Assembly: GCA_016292635.1 (NCBI GenBank)
Contig: JAEDIC010000001.1
Span: 3,275 to 67,274 of the forward strand
DNA length: 64,000 bases
Source: Clostridia bacterium
Lineage (GTDB): Bacteria > Bacillota > Clostridia > Christensenellales > CAG-138
Reading direction: 5' to 3'
This document shows, one piece after another, positions 53,199 through 62,943 of this stretch. Position 1 is the first letter of the stretch. Every line of letters begins with the position of its first letter. Under the pieces are notes generated by a model, which was not told the origin of the DNA, did no database searches, and worked only from the letters and a program-made list of their open reading frames with translations. A program made the translations under genes and the position numbers.

Positions 53199-54049
53199 AA
53201 GCTTACCTCCAGCAGCTGCTCCAGGTTTCGCGCAAGTATGTTCCTAATGACCTTCATACGGTATTCGGCAGTGGCGCGAATATCGTCTATTGGGGTGCAT
53301 CGGGAGAGCATGGCCTGCACTGCGCCGGGGATATCGCCTTTTTCGGCCATCCTTTCCCCGTCGGCGTTCACTACTGTTTTAGAACTCATGGAGCCTAGCG
53401 CAATATGCACCTGACCTGTATTCTCCACAAGTATGGCGGCACTGGCCACCGATATTGCCATAGCAGAACGAAGGCCAACCTTTTCATATACATACCTGCT
53501 GCCGATATATGCAGGCATTTTAAAGCGCAGCAGCAGCTCATCGGGCCTTCTCAAGGTTTTTCGGGGCCCTATCACCAGCTGTGCGACCGGTATACTTCTC
53601 GTGCAAACCTCACCGTCTTCTTTATGGGCCAATACCGCCGTCGCTCCCAGGCACACCAGCGCAGTTAGGGCATCTCCCGCCGGACTTGCGTTCATTACGT
53701 TTCCGCCCACCGTGGCAACGGCCCTTATCTGTGGGCTGGCTATTTTCAGTGACGCATCAACAAGCAGAGGCGCAGCCTCCTTTATAAGGTCAGAATCTAT
53801 AATATCTGAGAACGTACAGCCAGCGCCCACGGACAGCACGCCTTGCTCCAAAGTTATCTCAGCGAGTTCAGGCAGTTCTCTTATGCACATCAGAGTTTCG
53901 CTTATCACGGGTGTCTTTGGATGCAGCCGAGCCGCAACAAAAAGGTCCGTGCCTCCTCCAGATACCGTAACATGCTCACCCTGCTCCGCAAGCAACGACA
54001 AGGCCTCGTCAAGTGAGCGGGGACATAATATTCGTTCGCACCCTATCAT
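53195..54049 (-). CDS. FAD-binding medium subunit of a xanthine dehydrogenase-family molybdoenzyme
   Basis: 284 aa. GGGTDLFV and ATVGGNVMNASPAGD motifs (CO dehydrogenase flavoprotein/FAD_binding_5 type). It overlaps both neighbouring genes by 4 nt. Confidence 0.88.
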   Translation of the reverse strand: MIGCERILCPRSLDEALSLLAEQGEHVTVSGGGTDLFVAARLHPKTPVISETLMCIRELPELAEITLEQGVLSVGAGCTFSDIIDSDLIKEAAPLLVDASLKIASPQIRAVATVGGNVMNASPAGDALTALVCLGATAVLAHKEDGEVCTRSIPVAQLVIGPRKTLRRPDELLLRFKMPAYIGSRYVYEKVGLRSAMAISVASAAILVENTGQVHIALGSMSSKTVVNADGERMAEKGDIPGAVQAMLSRCTPIDDIRATAEYRMKVIRNILARNLEQLLEVSL

Positions 54050-55527
54050 GATAAGCTCCTTTCCACAGCCTGCCTGAATTCTTCAAGCGCCTTTTTGCCC
54101 GCCGTGTATTCCGCATACGCCCGTTGGTAATACGCCGTAGCCTCAGCGTTTCGCGGAACAGGCCGCTCCTCGTCTCTTACACAGGCAGCAATAGCTCCAG
54201 CTCCATCCTGGTACAACCCAACGCCCAGGCCCGCTGTCATGGCGGCGCCCAGCAAACTATCCGCCACGGCACGGCGGCCGTTAATATCCAACACGTCGCA
54301 TACTATAGATCGCCAAAGCGGGCTTTTCATGCCCCCTCCGGTAAGCTTTATGTCGTTCCATGGATAGCCCATATTGCGGAAGAGGCTGCCCATATCCTTA
54401 AGTGCAAAGGCCAGCCCCTCAAATATGGCGCGAGCGCAGTCACCCCGGGTATGGTGGCGGCCCATCCCCATGAAGCAGGCTTCCGGCTTCTCCGTAGCGC
54501 TTGGCGAACCCCGCCCCAAAAGCCATGGATAGAATACTATTCCTCGGGCACCTGTCCCGCTTTTCTCCGCCTCCTCATTAAATATGTTCAGCCTGTTCTT
54601 AGGTGCGCAGTCGCCGTATGACATGTCCAGAAACCACTGCACAGTGTCTCCGGCGGTTTTTGTAAACCCGCCTGCCACATATTTGCCTTCCAAATAGGGC
54701 CAGCAAAACATTGAATGCTCATACATGAACTTGCCGGGCAGCTTTTTCTCCAGCACTACCCTGGCTATGCCATTGGTGCTCACACTTACGGCGCCGCTTC
54801 CCGGCGTCAGCGTACCTGCCCCAAACATGGCGGCTGCGCCGTCGTTAAGTCCGCAAACCACCGGCGTTCCCGCCTTAAGCCCGGTTTTCTCTGCGACTTC
54901 CTTGCTAAGGCCGCCCGCTACCGCTGTAGACGGCAATATTTCGTCCATCATTTCCTCTGAAAGGCCGCAGATGCCCAGCATGGACTTGTCCCACTTCACA
55001 TTTCCGGCGCTTGATGAGGGCTCGGTCACAAATCTGCCAGTAAGAAAGTGTAATAGAAATCCCTTAATATCGTGTATGTGACTTATTTTTCCAACCATAT
55101 CCGGCCACTGACCCAGTGACCATCTCAACCTTGCCGCAAATCCCGTCTGCGGCATGCCGTGGCCGACCCAGTCATAACCTATTTCCTCAAAAAGCTTGTA
55201 TCCCTCAGAGGCGCAACGGTTATCCTGCCATATCGCCACGGGGCACAGGGACGCGCCGTGTTTATCTACAAATACGACGCCAGGCCCATGAGCCGACACA
55301 CCTATTGCGGCCACGTCCATTTCTCCGTCCATATGCCGTGCCGCATCGGCAAGAACGCCTGTTATGGCGCTTATCCAGTCTCCCGGCTGCTGCTGCGCCC
55401 CATTGGGAATGGAGTGATCTGTTTCAACGGGCCTGGAGGCCACTATCAACTGTTTTCCGTCTAGGCTGTATACGGCGCACTTGCACAGGGTCGTACCCAG
55501 ATCCAGCCCCATTATTACAGGCCTCAT
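54046..55527 (-). CDS. FGGY-family carbohydrate kinase
   Basis: Start is MRPVIMGLDLGTT at 55527, an ATGA overlap with the upstream stop. FGGY N- and C-domain patterns (GVSAHGPGVVFVD, LTGGGMKSPLWRSIVCDVL). Confidence 0.88.
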   Translation of the reverse strand: MRPVIMGLDLGTTLCKCAVYSLDGKQLIVASRPVETDHSIPNGAQQQPGDWISAITGVLADAARHMDGEMDVAAIGVSAHGPGVVFVDKHGASLCPVAIWQDNRCASEGYKLFEEIGYDWVGHGMPQTGFAARLRWSLGQWPDMVGKISHIHDIKGFLLHFLTGRFVTEPSSSAGNVKWDKSMLGICGLSEEMMDEILPSTAVAGGLSKEVAEKTGLKAGTPVVCGLNDGAAAMFGAGTLTPGSGAVSVSTNGIARVVLEKKLPGKFMYEHSMFCWPYLEGKYVAGGFTKTAGDTVQWFLDMSYGDCAPKNRLNIFNEEAEKSGTGARGIVFYPWLLGRGSPSATEKPEACFMGMGRHHTRGDCARAIFEGLAFALKDMGSLFRNMGYPWNDIKLTGGGMKSPLWRSIVCDVLDINGRRAVADSLLGAAMTAGLGVGLYQDGAGAIAACVRDEERPVPRNAEATAYYQRAYAEYTAGKKALEEFRQAVERSLS

Positions 55528-57731
55528 ATTTCGCCTCTCCTTTTTTCCAGGGCAAGCAGCACCTTGTCCGGCGACGCGGGCAAGTCGGTTATCCATATTC
55601 CGGCAGCGTCGTGTATTGCTGCTATGACTGCGGGGGCCGCTGCGGTTATGGCCAGCTCTGCAAGACCCTTTGTGTGGATGTAGCCGGCGTCAGCCGGCTT
55701 ATCAATGAATTTTACGCTGATGTTCGGAGCGTCTGAAGCGGTCGGAAACAGGTAATCCGAAAAGCCATGCTGCAAAGGCCTTCCGTCTTTTTGCATGAAG
55801 TTTTCCATAAGAGCCATTCCCAGACCCTGTGTAGCCGCGCCCTGCACCTGTCCTTCGGCGCCTGTTTGGTTTATCACGGTGCCGCAATCGCAGACTATGG
55901 AAAGATCCAATACGCGAACCATGCCAGTATCTATATCCACCAATACCTCTGCGCGCTGTATATCGTAGCCGTACTGATTTACCGGATATCCGTGCCCATT
56001 ATCATCGGGGGCAGATGTGAGCGGCGGCATATATGAAGCATGAACCTCCATGCCCGCACCCTTTTCCTCAAGCCAGGCAGCCAGCTCAGGCCCGCTTTGC
56101 GGGCCGCCTGCCGCGCATATTTTCTCCTTTAATCTGATGGCAGCGAGATAAGCCGCATTGCCGGTTGTACTTGTCTGACGAGATGCGCCAGACGGACCTC
56201 CCTCCGGATACCGGGTGTTAGGCCGGCAGTACCTTATCCTATCCACAGGATAGCCATTCATTACCCTGGATACAATTAACGACAACGTGGTTTCCAAACC
56301 CTGGCCCAGGTCGTTCGCGCAGGTCATTATCTCGATTATCCCGCCGGACACAACGCTAAGCTTTACCGTAGATTCATCATTATGACCAAAGTGGAGGTTA
56401 CAGCCTTGAGACGCCCCGGCGTACCCTACTCCATAAAGGTAGCGAGGAGATACGGCATCCTTGTGCAAAGGCAATTTACTCACCTTTTCAATACATTCAT
56501 CATACCTGGCACAGGGTGGAACCAAATGCTCCGACAGCGTATGGTCGCCGTCGCGTATAGCGTTGACCGAGCGTATATCGAGCTGGCTCATTCCCAGCCG
56601 CTCTGCCGCCATTCCCATCATGCACTCGTTTGCGAAGGTGATGCCTGTCATTCCCCAGGAGCGCATCGCGCCCATTGCCACGCCGTTTGTGTAGTAGACC
56701 TTGGTGTCCACCCTTACATTGGGCATACGATAAGGGCCGCAAGCATTGACCGAAATGAATTTGGCTATATTCTCTCCGTGATGAGAAGAAGATCCGGTAT
56801 TCAACCGCACCCAGTAATGCGCGCCCAGTATCCTGCCCTTCTCATCAAAGCCCATACGGACGTCAATTTCCTGTCCATGGCGCTTTGTATGGAATACCAT
56901 TTCTTCATCCCGATCAATATATACGCGCACCGAGCGCTTCGCATAGAAAGCTAAAAGAGCAGCATAGGACGCTATCAGCCCATCGTCCTTTCCGCCGAAA
57001 GAGCCTCCCATAAAAGGCAGCTCTACATGCACCTTATCCAACGGCATGTTTAATACCGCCGCAAGTATCTCCCGCTCATAAGTAACCGTGTGACAACCCA
57101 GGCGAACATCTAATGAACCATCGTCATTGAAGCGGGCTATGGCACAGTCGTTTTCCAGGTAACAATGCTCAATCGGCGGAAGAGTAAAGCTGTGCTCCAC
57201 GCACACCGGAGCGCCGGCAATAGCATCGTCTGCGTTGCCCGTAGAGTAATTATACTCTCGCAGCAAGTTGGAGTCCCGCACCATGTCCGGCCGCGCCCTG
57301 GGGCTATCCGGCAACACAGCTTCGCTCAGCTCATACACCGCAGGCAGCTCAACATATTGCACATCCACCGCCTCTGCCGCAGCCCTGGCCTGCTCTTTTG
57401 TCTCCGCCGCCACAAGGGCGACGGCATCATATGCACCGTATGTCTCCTCATCGCACAGAATGGGCTGATCCATCACGGTTTTTCCAATACGATTCTCCCC
57501 GGGAATATCTCCGGCTGTGACCACCGCGTGAACGCCGTCCATATTACGGGCAGCCGAAACGTCTATCTTCAGTATTCGACACCTTGGCACCGGCGCACGC
57601 ACTATAACGCCTTCCAGCGTTCCAGGCCACTTTATGTCACTTACAAACACTGCGGAGCCATCTGCCTTAGGCATGCATGTATGCATATGGGCTCGCATCA
57701 GTTCATCGGCAAACAAATCTTTCTGCTGCAT
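55524..57731 (-). CDS. molybdopterin-binding large subunit of a xanthine dehydrogenase/aldehyde oxidase-family enzyme
   Basis: 735 aa. a/b-hammerhead N-terminus and Mo-binding domains (GGSFGGKD, GQGLETTL). C-terminal KGLAELAI carries the family Glu. Confidence 0.9.
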   Translation of the reverse strand: MQQKDLFADELMRAHMHTCMPKADGSAVFVSDIKWPGTLEGVIVRAPVPRCRILKIDVSAARNMDGVHAVVTAGDIPGENRIGKTVMDQPILCDEETYGAYDAVALVAAETKEQARAAAEAVDVQYVELPAVYELSEAVLPDSPRARPDMVRDSNLLREYNYSTGNADDAIAGAPVCVEHSFTLPPIEHCYLENDCAIARFNDDGSLDVRLGCHTVTYEREILAAVLNMPLDKVHVELPFMGGSFGGKDDGLIASYAALLAFYAKRSVRVYIDRDEEMVFHTKRHGQEIDVRMGFDEKGRILGAHYWVRLNTGSSSHHGENIAKFISVNACGPYRMPNVRVDTKVYYTNGVAMGAMRSWGMTGITFANECMMGMAAERLGMSQLDIRSVNAIRDGDHTLSEHLVPPCARYDECIEKVSKLPLHKDAVSPRYLYGVGYAGASQGCNLHFGHNDESTVKLSVVSGGIIEIMTCANDLGQGLETTLSLIVSRVMNGYPVDRIRYCRPNTRYPEGGPSGASRQTSTTGNAAYLAAIRLKEKICAAGGPQSGPELAAWLEEKGAGMEVHASYMPPLTSAPDDNGHGYPVNQYGYDIQRAEVLVDIDTGMVRVLDLSIVCDCGTVINQTGAEGQVQGAATQGLGMALMENFMQKDGRPLQHGFSDYLFPTASDAPNISVKFIDKPADAGYIHTKGLAELAITAAAPAVIAAIHDAAGIWITDLPASPDKVLLALEKRRGEI

Positions 57732-57747
57732 ATTGACGCTTGTCCTT

Positions 57748-58572
57748 TCATTCCTTCACTCCGCCTGAGGTCAATCCAGATATGATGGATTTCTGTATGA
57801 AAATAAACAGGATTATTATAGGAACGCTGGCTATTACCGAAGTAGTGAGCAGACTCGCATAATCCACAGAAAACTGACCTATGGTAGAAGCTATCTTCGC
57901 GGTTATAAGCTGTTTTGAAGTAGAGCTAATAAAGGTTATAGCAAACAAGTATTCATTCCATGCCATGATAAAAACATAGGTGAATGTTGCCACCAGTCCA
58001 GGCAGTGCCATGGGCAACGATATGCGGAATATGGTTCCCATGCGGGTCAAACCGTCCACCATTCCGCTTTCTTCTACCTGAACGGGAATTGAATCTATAA
58101 CCGATATGCTGTTCCACACCGCAAATGGTAGGTTCAGCATTGTGTTTGCCAGAATTATCGGCACAAAGCTATCATACAGCCCCAGCTTTACCACCCAAAC
58201 AAATAGAGCTATAGCCAGCAGCAGCGCCGGGAATGTACGCAAGCACATAAATATGCTCATTAGAAAGCTGCGCCCTTTGAATTCAAACCTGGAAAAACCA
58301 TAGGCTGTTGTCACAGCTATTACCTCTGTAAGCAGGGCCGCTGAAAAAGAACAGAGAACGGAGTTTCCTATTGAGCGCATGGACGATGAGTCGCTGAAAA
58401 CCTTGATATAATTCTCCAGCGTAAACTTCTGAGGAAATATAGAGCTTGCAAAGGTGTCTCCGCTTCCTCTGAAAGTATTGATAAGCATCCACAGGTATGG
58501 CGTAAACAGCACGGCAACTATCAAAGTCGCTATAGTATACAGCGCTATTCTCTTTATGGTTTTACTTTTCAT
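57748..58572 (-). CDS. carbohydrate ABC transporter permease (MalG-like, CUT1)
   Basis: Start is MKSKTIKR at 58572, after AAGGAGTGATCTGT. An alternative GTG at 58581 overlaps the upstream stop. Six TM helices, with EAA-like loop VEESGMVDGLTRMGTIFRISLPM. Confidence 0.88.
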   Translation of the reverse strand: MKSKTIKRIALYTIATLIVAVLFTPYLWMLINTFRGSGDTFASSIFPQKFTLENYIKVFSDSSSMRSIGNSVLCSFSAALLTEVIAVTTAYGFSRFEFKGRSFLMSIFMCLRTFPALLLAIALFVWVVKLGLYDSFVPIILANTMLNLPFAVWNSISVIDSIPVQVEESGMVDGLTRMGTIFRISLPMALPGLVATFTYVFIMAWNEYLFAITFISSTSKQLITAKIASTIGQFSVDYASLLTTSVIASVPIIILFIFIQKSIISGLTSGGVKE

Positions 58573-58577
58573 ACAGA

Positions 58578-59468
58578 TCACTCCTTGTTCATGCGACGAA
58601 GCACCACAACAGAAAACACCACCGCTACCAGGAACATTATCACGCCTATTGCCGAAGCTTGGCCGAACTGATAGCTGTTAAACGCAGTACGGTACGCATA
58701 TGTTGCGAGCACCTCCGTAGAATAAAGAGGGCCGCCCTCTGTCATTATCCAGGTAAGATCCATATATGTAAACGTCGCGCAGAAATTGAACAGCATCAGC
58801 GTAAGAAGGTTATTTTTAAGTATCGGCAGCGTTATGCGGAAAAACTGCTGTCTTCCGTTAGCGCCGTCTATGATAGCCGCCTCATAAAGATTTTCATTGA
58901 TTGCCTGCAGCGAGGCTAGCAAGGAAAGGAAGTAAAACGGCATATACATATACACATTTGTCAAAATAATTGTAAGTAGCGCCGTCTTAGTGCTCCCCAA
59001 TGGGTCAAACACTATGCTTGAGCACAGCTTTTGCAGTATTTGGGCAATTGGCCCTATTTGCGGATGCAGCATGACCTTGGCCATTACCGCCACTACTGTG
59101 GGAGACAGCGCCCAGGAAACCAGCACTATTGTGCGCGTGACACGCAGATAGCGTATATTCAGGCATTTTTGATTCAGAAGCACCGCCAGCGCCAAACCTA
59201 CAGAAAGGTTCAGCAGCATAACGACTCCGGCATACACAAAGCTTTGCCCCGTAATCTGCCAGAACCTCGTATTGGAGAATACTTTTATAAAGTTCTCTAA
59301 GCCTATAAATGACGGGTCTATTGCTATACCTTTTCCCGATGAGAAAAAGGCAAGGTATATAACAAACGCGGCGGGATATACCGCCATTATCATAAAGAAA
59401 AGCACACCGGGCGAAGAGAATAGATAACCCGCATTTATTTTTTTACCAAATATTCTTATATCCTGCAT
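58578..59468 (-). CDS. carbohydrate ABC transporter permease (MalF-like, CUT1)
   Basis: 296 aa. EAA loop YEAAIIDGANGRQQFFRITLP. Confidence 0.88.
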   Translation of the reverse strand: MQDIRIFGKKINAGYLFSSPGVLFFMIMAVYPAAFVIYLAFFSSGKGIAIDPSFIGLENFIKVFSNTRFWQITGQSFVYAGVVMLLNLSVGLALAVLLNQKCLNIRYLRVTRTIVLVSWALSPTVVAVMAKVMLHPQIGPIAQILQKLCSSIVFDPLGSTKTALLTIILTNVYMYMPFYFLSLLASLQAINENLYEAAIIDGANGRQQFFRITLPILKNNLLTLMLFNFCATFTYMDLTWIMTEGGPLYSTEVLATYAYRTAFNSYQFGQASAIGVIMFLVAVVFSVVVLRRMNKE

Positions 59469-59590
59469 ATTTTGTAAAACCTCAATTTTCGTCTGGCGGC
59501 TTTTGTTCGCCTATGGACATTTGGGAATCAAGTTCAATTTTGCGGGGCGCTTTTTGCAGAGCGCCCCGCAGACCAGTTTAGCTAAAGATA

Positions 59591-60892
59591 TTAGCCGCCA
59601 TAGTACTCGTCAAGTATAACGTTCCACTCCTCGGCCATAGCATTCAGGGCAGCCATAGGCTCCATCTCACCCATGTATACAGCCTGGATATATCCACGCA
59701 TTATGGAGTTGAGCGCATCGGAATCAGGATAATGATTGGCTACTATAGTACCGGGATCCCTCAGCTGCTGCAGCTTCATCTTATAATCCTGAGTATTGTA
59801 GTAATCCGTATCGGCAGTCTCAGACAGAGGAGATACCTGACCGAACTGCTCGCACCAGTAATTGAGGGAGTCATCGCTGGTCATGAATTCAATGAATCGC
59901 CAAGCGGCTTCCTTGTTGTCGCTCTTGGAAGACATACCGAGAGCGGTGCCGCCCGCCAGGGAACCGGAAGTGACGCCAGTGGGCATGGGCAGGGCAACTA
60001 TCTCATAGTTATCGCCGGCCTTCTGCTGGATGGTGCTCTGGAACCAGGGGCCATCAGAGAACAGCGCCAGCTTGCCGGAGGCCATCAGCTCGCCCTGCTG
60101 ATCCACGTTGGTAGAAGCGATGCTGGGAGGAATTATGCCAGCATCTATCATGGACAGGATATACTCGAACGCAGCCACGCCTGCCTCATTATTGAAGGCG
60201 GCCTTATTGTTTTCGTCTATGAGCTCGCAGCCGGCCTGCAACAGCACGGACTGGAACTGCCATTCTGTACCGGTGTCACTGGAGTCGCCACAGATGGAGT
60301 AGCCGTACACGCCGTTTGCAGGGTCAGTCAGCTGCTCGGCTATTGCATAGAACTCGTTCCAAGTCCAGCCATCGTAAGGCAGTTCTATGCCCGCCTGCTC
60401 AAACAGTGTGGCATTAGCAAACATTACGGAGCAACCACTGCGGTAAGGTATGGCATAAATGTGGCCTTCCCACTCGCCGTAGCCTTGGCCGGCCTCAGTG
60501 AAGCGGGACTTGAAGCTATCTATGTCTATGAATTCATCCAGCTCTGCAGCCAGGCCGTTTGTTGCTGCGGATATGGTCCAGAAGGTCATATAAACATCAG
60601 GCGCTGCATTTGCCTCGGTTTGCAGAACAAGCTGATCATAAGTATCGTTTGCAGCTACTTCGTTTACCTCAACCTTTATGTCGGGGTTTTCCTCCTCGAA
60701 TTTCTCAATCAGAGTGTACATGCACTCAGGAGAACCTGCCTGGGCCATAAAGGTGATGGTAGTTACATCGCCTGCTTGTCCTGCGGCAGCCGTACCACTG
60801 CCAGAATCTGCTGCGGCATTTGGCTGAGCCGAGCAGGCAACAGCACTGAATGCCAATACGGCAATCAGCAACAATGACATCAATTTCTTCAT
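59591..60892 (-). CDS. extracellular solute-binding lipoprotein (family 1, sugar type)
   Basis: 433 aa. Lipobox FSAVACS, with an SBP_bac_1-like body. Confidence 0.85.
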   Translation of the reverse strand: MKKLMSLLLIAVLAFSAVACSAQPNAAADSGSGTAAAGQAGDVTTITFMAQAGSPECMYTLIEKFEEENPDIKVEVNEVAANDTYDQLVLQTEANAAPDVYMTFWTISAATNGLAAELDEFIDIDSFKSRFTEAGQGYGEWEGHIYAIPYRSGCSVMFANATLFEQAGIELPYDGWTWNEFYAIAEQLTDPANGVYGYSICGDSSDTGTEWQFQSVLLQAGCELIDENNKAAFNNEAGVAAFEYILSMIDAGIIPPSIASTNVDQQGELMASGKLALFSDGPWFQSTIQQKAGDNYEIVALPMPTGVTSGSLAGGTALGMSSKSDNKEAAWRFIEFMTSDDSLNYWCEQFGQVSPLSETADTDYYNTQDYKMKLQQLRDPGTIVANHYPDSDALNSIMRGYIQAVYMGEMEPMAALNAMAEEWNVILDEYYGG

Positions 60893-60984
60893 AGGGTTTA
60901 CCTCCTTAATTGATTATAATGCTTACCGCAGACCTGACGGCAACCGTATTGTTTCACTCAGGTGGTTACGATAGCAATCTTTAA

Positions 60985-61866
60985 TTACCTTGAAATACAG
61001 CTCAACAAATAGCCGCTCACTCTTTTCGATGTAAAGTGCGATGATGCTTCGGGTGATATGATGCCGTTTTCTGTTATTACTCCCGATATATAGCGTGCAG
61101 GCGTCACGTCAAAATAACACGCAGATATGCTTCCTGCCGGAATAGAAACTTCACGAATTAGATTTGATACGCATTGCAATGGTCCCGGAAGCAGTTTTTC
61201 ACATCCGGCGTAAATGTACACCGGTACGCTTCTTCTGTGGCACCAATATGCCATTGTACTCTGCCCTACCTTACCTATTACACTTCCGTTGGGCAATACG
61301 GCTTCACACCCAAACAGAGCAATATCGGCCTCATCGGCCGCCTTGCGCATATCTGCATCAAGTGTTGCCCGGCAGGGTATCCCTTGCTTTGAAAGCAACC
61401 GTACGGTATCCAGCCCATCTTTGTTTGGGCCGGACTCTGTAACTATAACGGAAAAATCCAGCCCCAATGCTTTGCATCGGCTCAGGCAGCTGCTGACAGT
61501 TTGGCTGAAAGTGAATGTACAGACATTCTTTCGTCCTGCAATCAACCTGCACGCAATTGACCGCATTCGCTCAGCTGTATCTTCCCGGCTCCACGCCTCG
61601 CATACCGGGCGTATTGCTTCTTCCTTGCCTTCCAGTAAAAGGCAGAAGCGATTTATGGAATTTACCAGCGGAGCGTATGGCGGCATTACTTTACAAATAT
61701 CCTCTACGGCTTTTAATGCCGCCGTACAAAACTCTTCCCTGCAAGAAAAGCTCTGCTCATACGCTTTCATGGCCAAATCAAACATTTGGGCGCTTTGCGT
61801 CGCGTGCAGGCGATAATTAGCCAAGCCTTGTATCAGGCTCTCCAGTTCTGCATAAGCCGCCCTCAT
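60985..61866 (-). CDS. eIF-2B family protein, divergent paralog 2
   Basis: 293 aa. VIVTESGPNKDGLDT, LFGCEAVLPNGSVIGKVGQSTMAYWC, VPVYIYAGCEKL and FDVTPARYISGVITENG follow the IF-2B family core. Confidence 0.65.
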   Translation of the reverse strand: MRAAYAELESLIQGLANYRLHATQSAQMFDLAMKAYEQSFSCREEFCTAALKAVEDICKVMPPYAPLVNSINRFCLLLEGKEEAIRPVCEAWSREDTAERMRSIACRLIAGRKNVCTFTFSQTVSSCLSRCKALGLDFSVIVTESGPNKDGLDTVRLLSKQGIPCRATLDADMRKAADEADIALFGCEAVLPNGSVIGKVGQSTMAYWCHRRSVPVYIYAGCEKLLPGPLQCVSNLIREVSIPAGSISACYFDVTPARYISGVITENGIISPEASSHFTSKRVSGYLLSCISR

Positions 61867-61869
61867 GAG

Positions 61870-62682
61870 CTATATCCTGCTGCGGAAGCTGCGCACCTTA
61901 TCCATAAAGCGCAGTACCCGCTCCTTGTCCACGGCATTTTCAAATATGCCGTCCACTTTGAATGTTGTACCAACTACAGCTCCGTCGGCCACGCTAAGCT
62001 GCTTTTCAATATTTTCAAGGCGACAGCCGGTATTGGCAAACACTACTGTGTTTGGAACCATGCTCTTTACATTTTTAAGCAGCTGGTTGTCGGTTTCTTC
62101 GCCCGCGGTCAAGCCTGAAACGCAAAGCGCGTCGGCCTTGCAATTGAAAACTGTGGTCTTGGCTATCTGGGCAGTATCTCTGTTCGCAAGGTATCGTGCG
62201 GCTTCGGGTACAATATTGAAAAGAAGCTTAACGTTTTCTCCGCCAACGGCCATACGATGCCTTGACACCTCGCCGTAGTTAGTGTTCCACAGACCAAAGT
62301 CACTGGCATATACGCCGGTGAATATTTCGCGTACAAACTTTGCGCCGGTAGCTACCGCTATATCTATTGACGCTCCTCCATCCCACAGGGCATTGACGCC
62401 GAAGGGAATTTTTATTTCAGGCAACAGCTGACCTATTATGCGCGCCATTGCAGCAACGGTCTCCTTACGAACGTCGGTAAGATATGGAAGGCTGAACTCA
62501 TTGGAAAACATTACCGCATCGACGCCGCCCTCCTGAAGGGCCATAAAGTCCTTATATGCCTGCTCCACTACCCACTCCATGCCTTTTTCCTTGGAGTATC
62601 CCGGGTCTCCCGGCAGGGGTTGCAAATGGCACATGGCAATTACCGCTTTTTCAGTACCGATAACGTCTTTTAACCAGCTCAT
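61870..62682 (-). CDS. BtpA/SgcQ family TIM-barrel protein
   Basis: 270 aa. AVIAMCHLQPLPGDPGY, GGVDAVMFSNEFSLPY, PFGVNALWD, FVREIFTG and VFANTG follow the BtpA family pattern. Confidence 0.75.
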   Translation of the reverse strand: MSWLKDVIGTEKAVIAMCHLQPLPGDPGYSKEKGMEWVVEQAYKDFMALQEGGVDAVMFSNEFSLPYLTDVRKETVAAMARIIGQLLPEIKIPFGVNALWDGGASIDIAVATGAKFVREIFTGVYASDFGLWNTNYGEVSRHRMAVGGENVKLLFNIVPEAARYLANRDTAQIAKTTVFNCKADALCVSGLTAGEETDNQLLKNVKSMVPNTVVFANTGCRLENIEKQLSVADGAVVGTTFKVDGIFENAVDKERVLRFMDKVRSFRSRI

Positions 62683-62943
62683 TTCGAGTCCTCCTGGATA
62701 TAATTATTATTTGCGAGGTATTGCAAATCGATTGCTCAGGATAAATAGATTAGTTAGTTTCGTTTTTGTGCTTTTAATGTTACCAATTATATCATTCTGC
62801 CTTATGATTCGCAATATTATATTTCGTTTCATTACAAATCGTAACTTTATTGTTTCATTATTTTGTCAATTGAATTGACTTTATGTTAATTGTATGGCAA
62901 TATGTAAATAAGGAATTAACGACATTGGAGTTTGTTATTGGCT

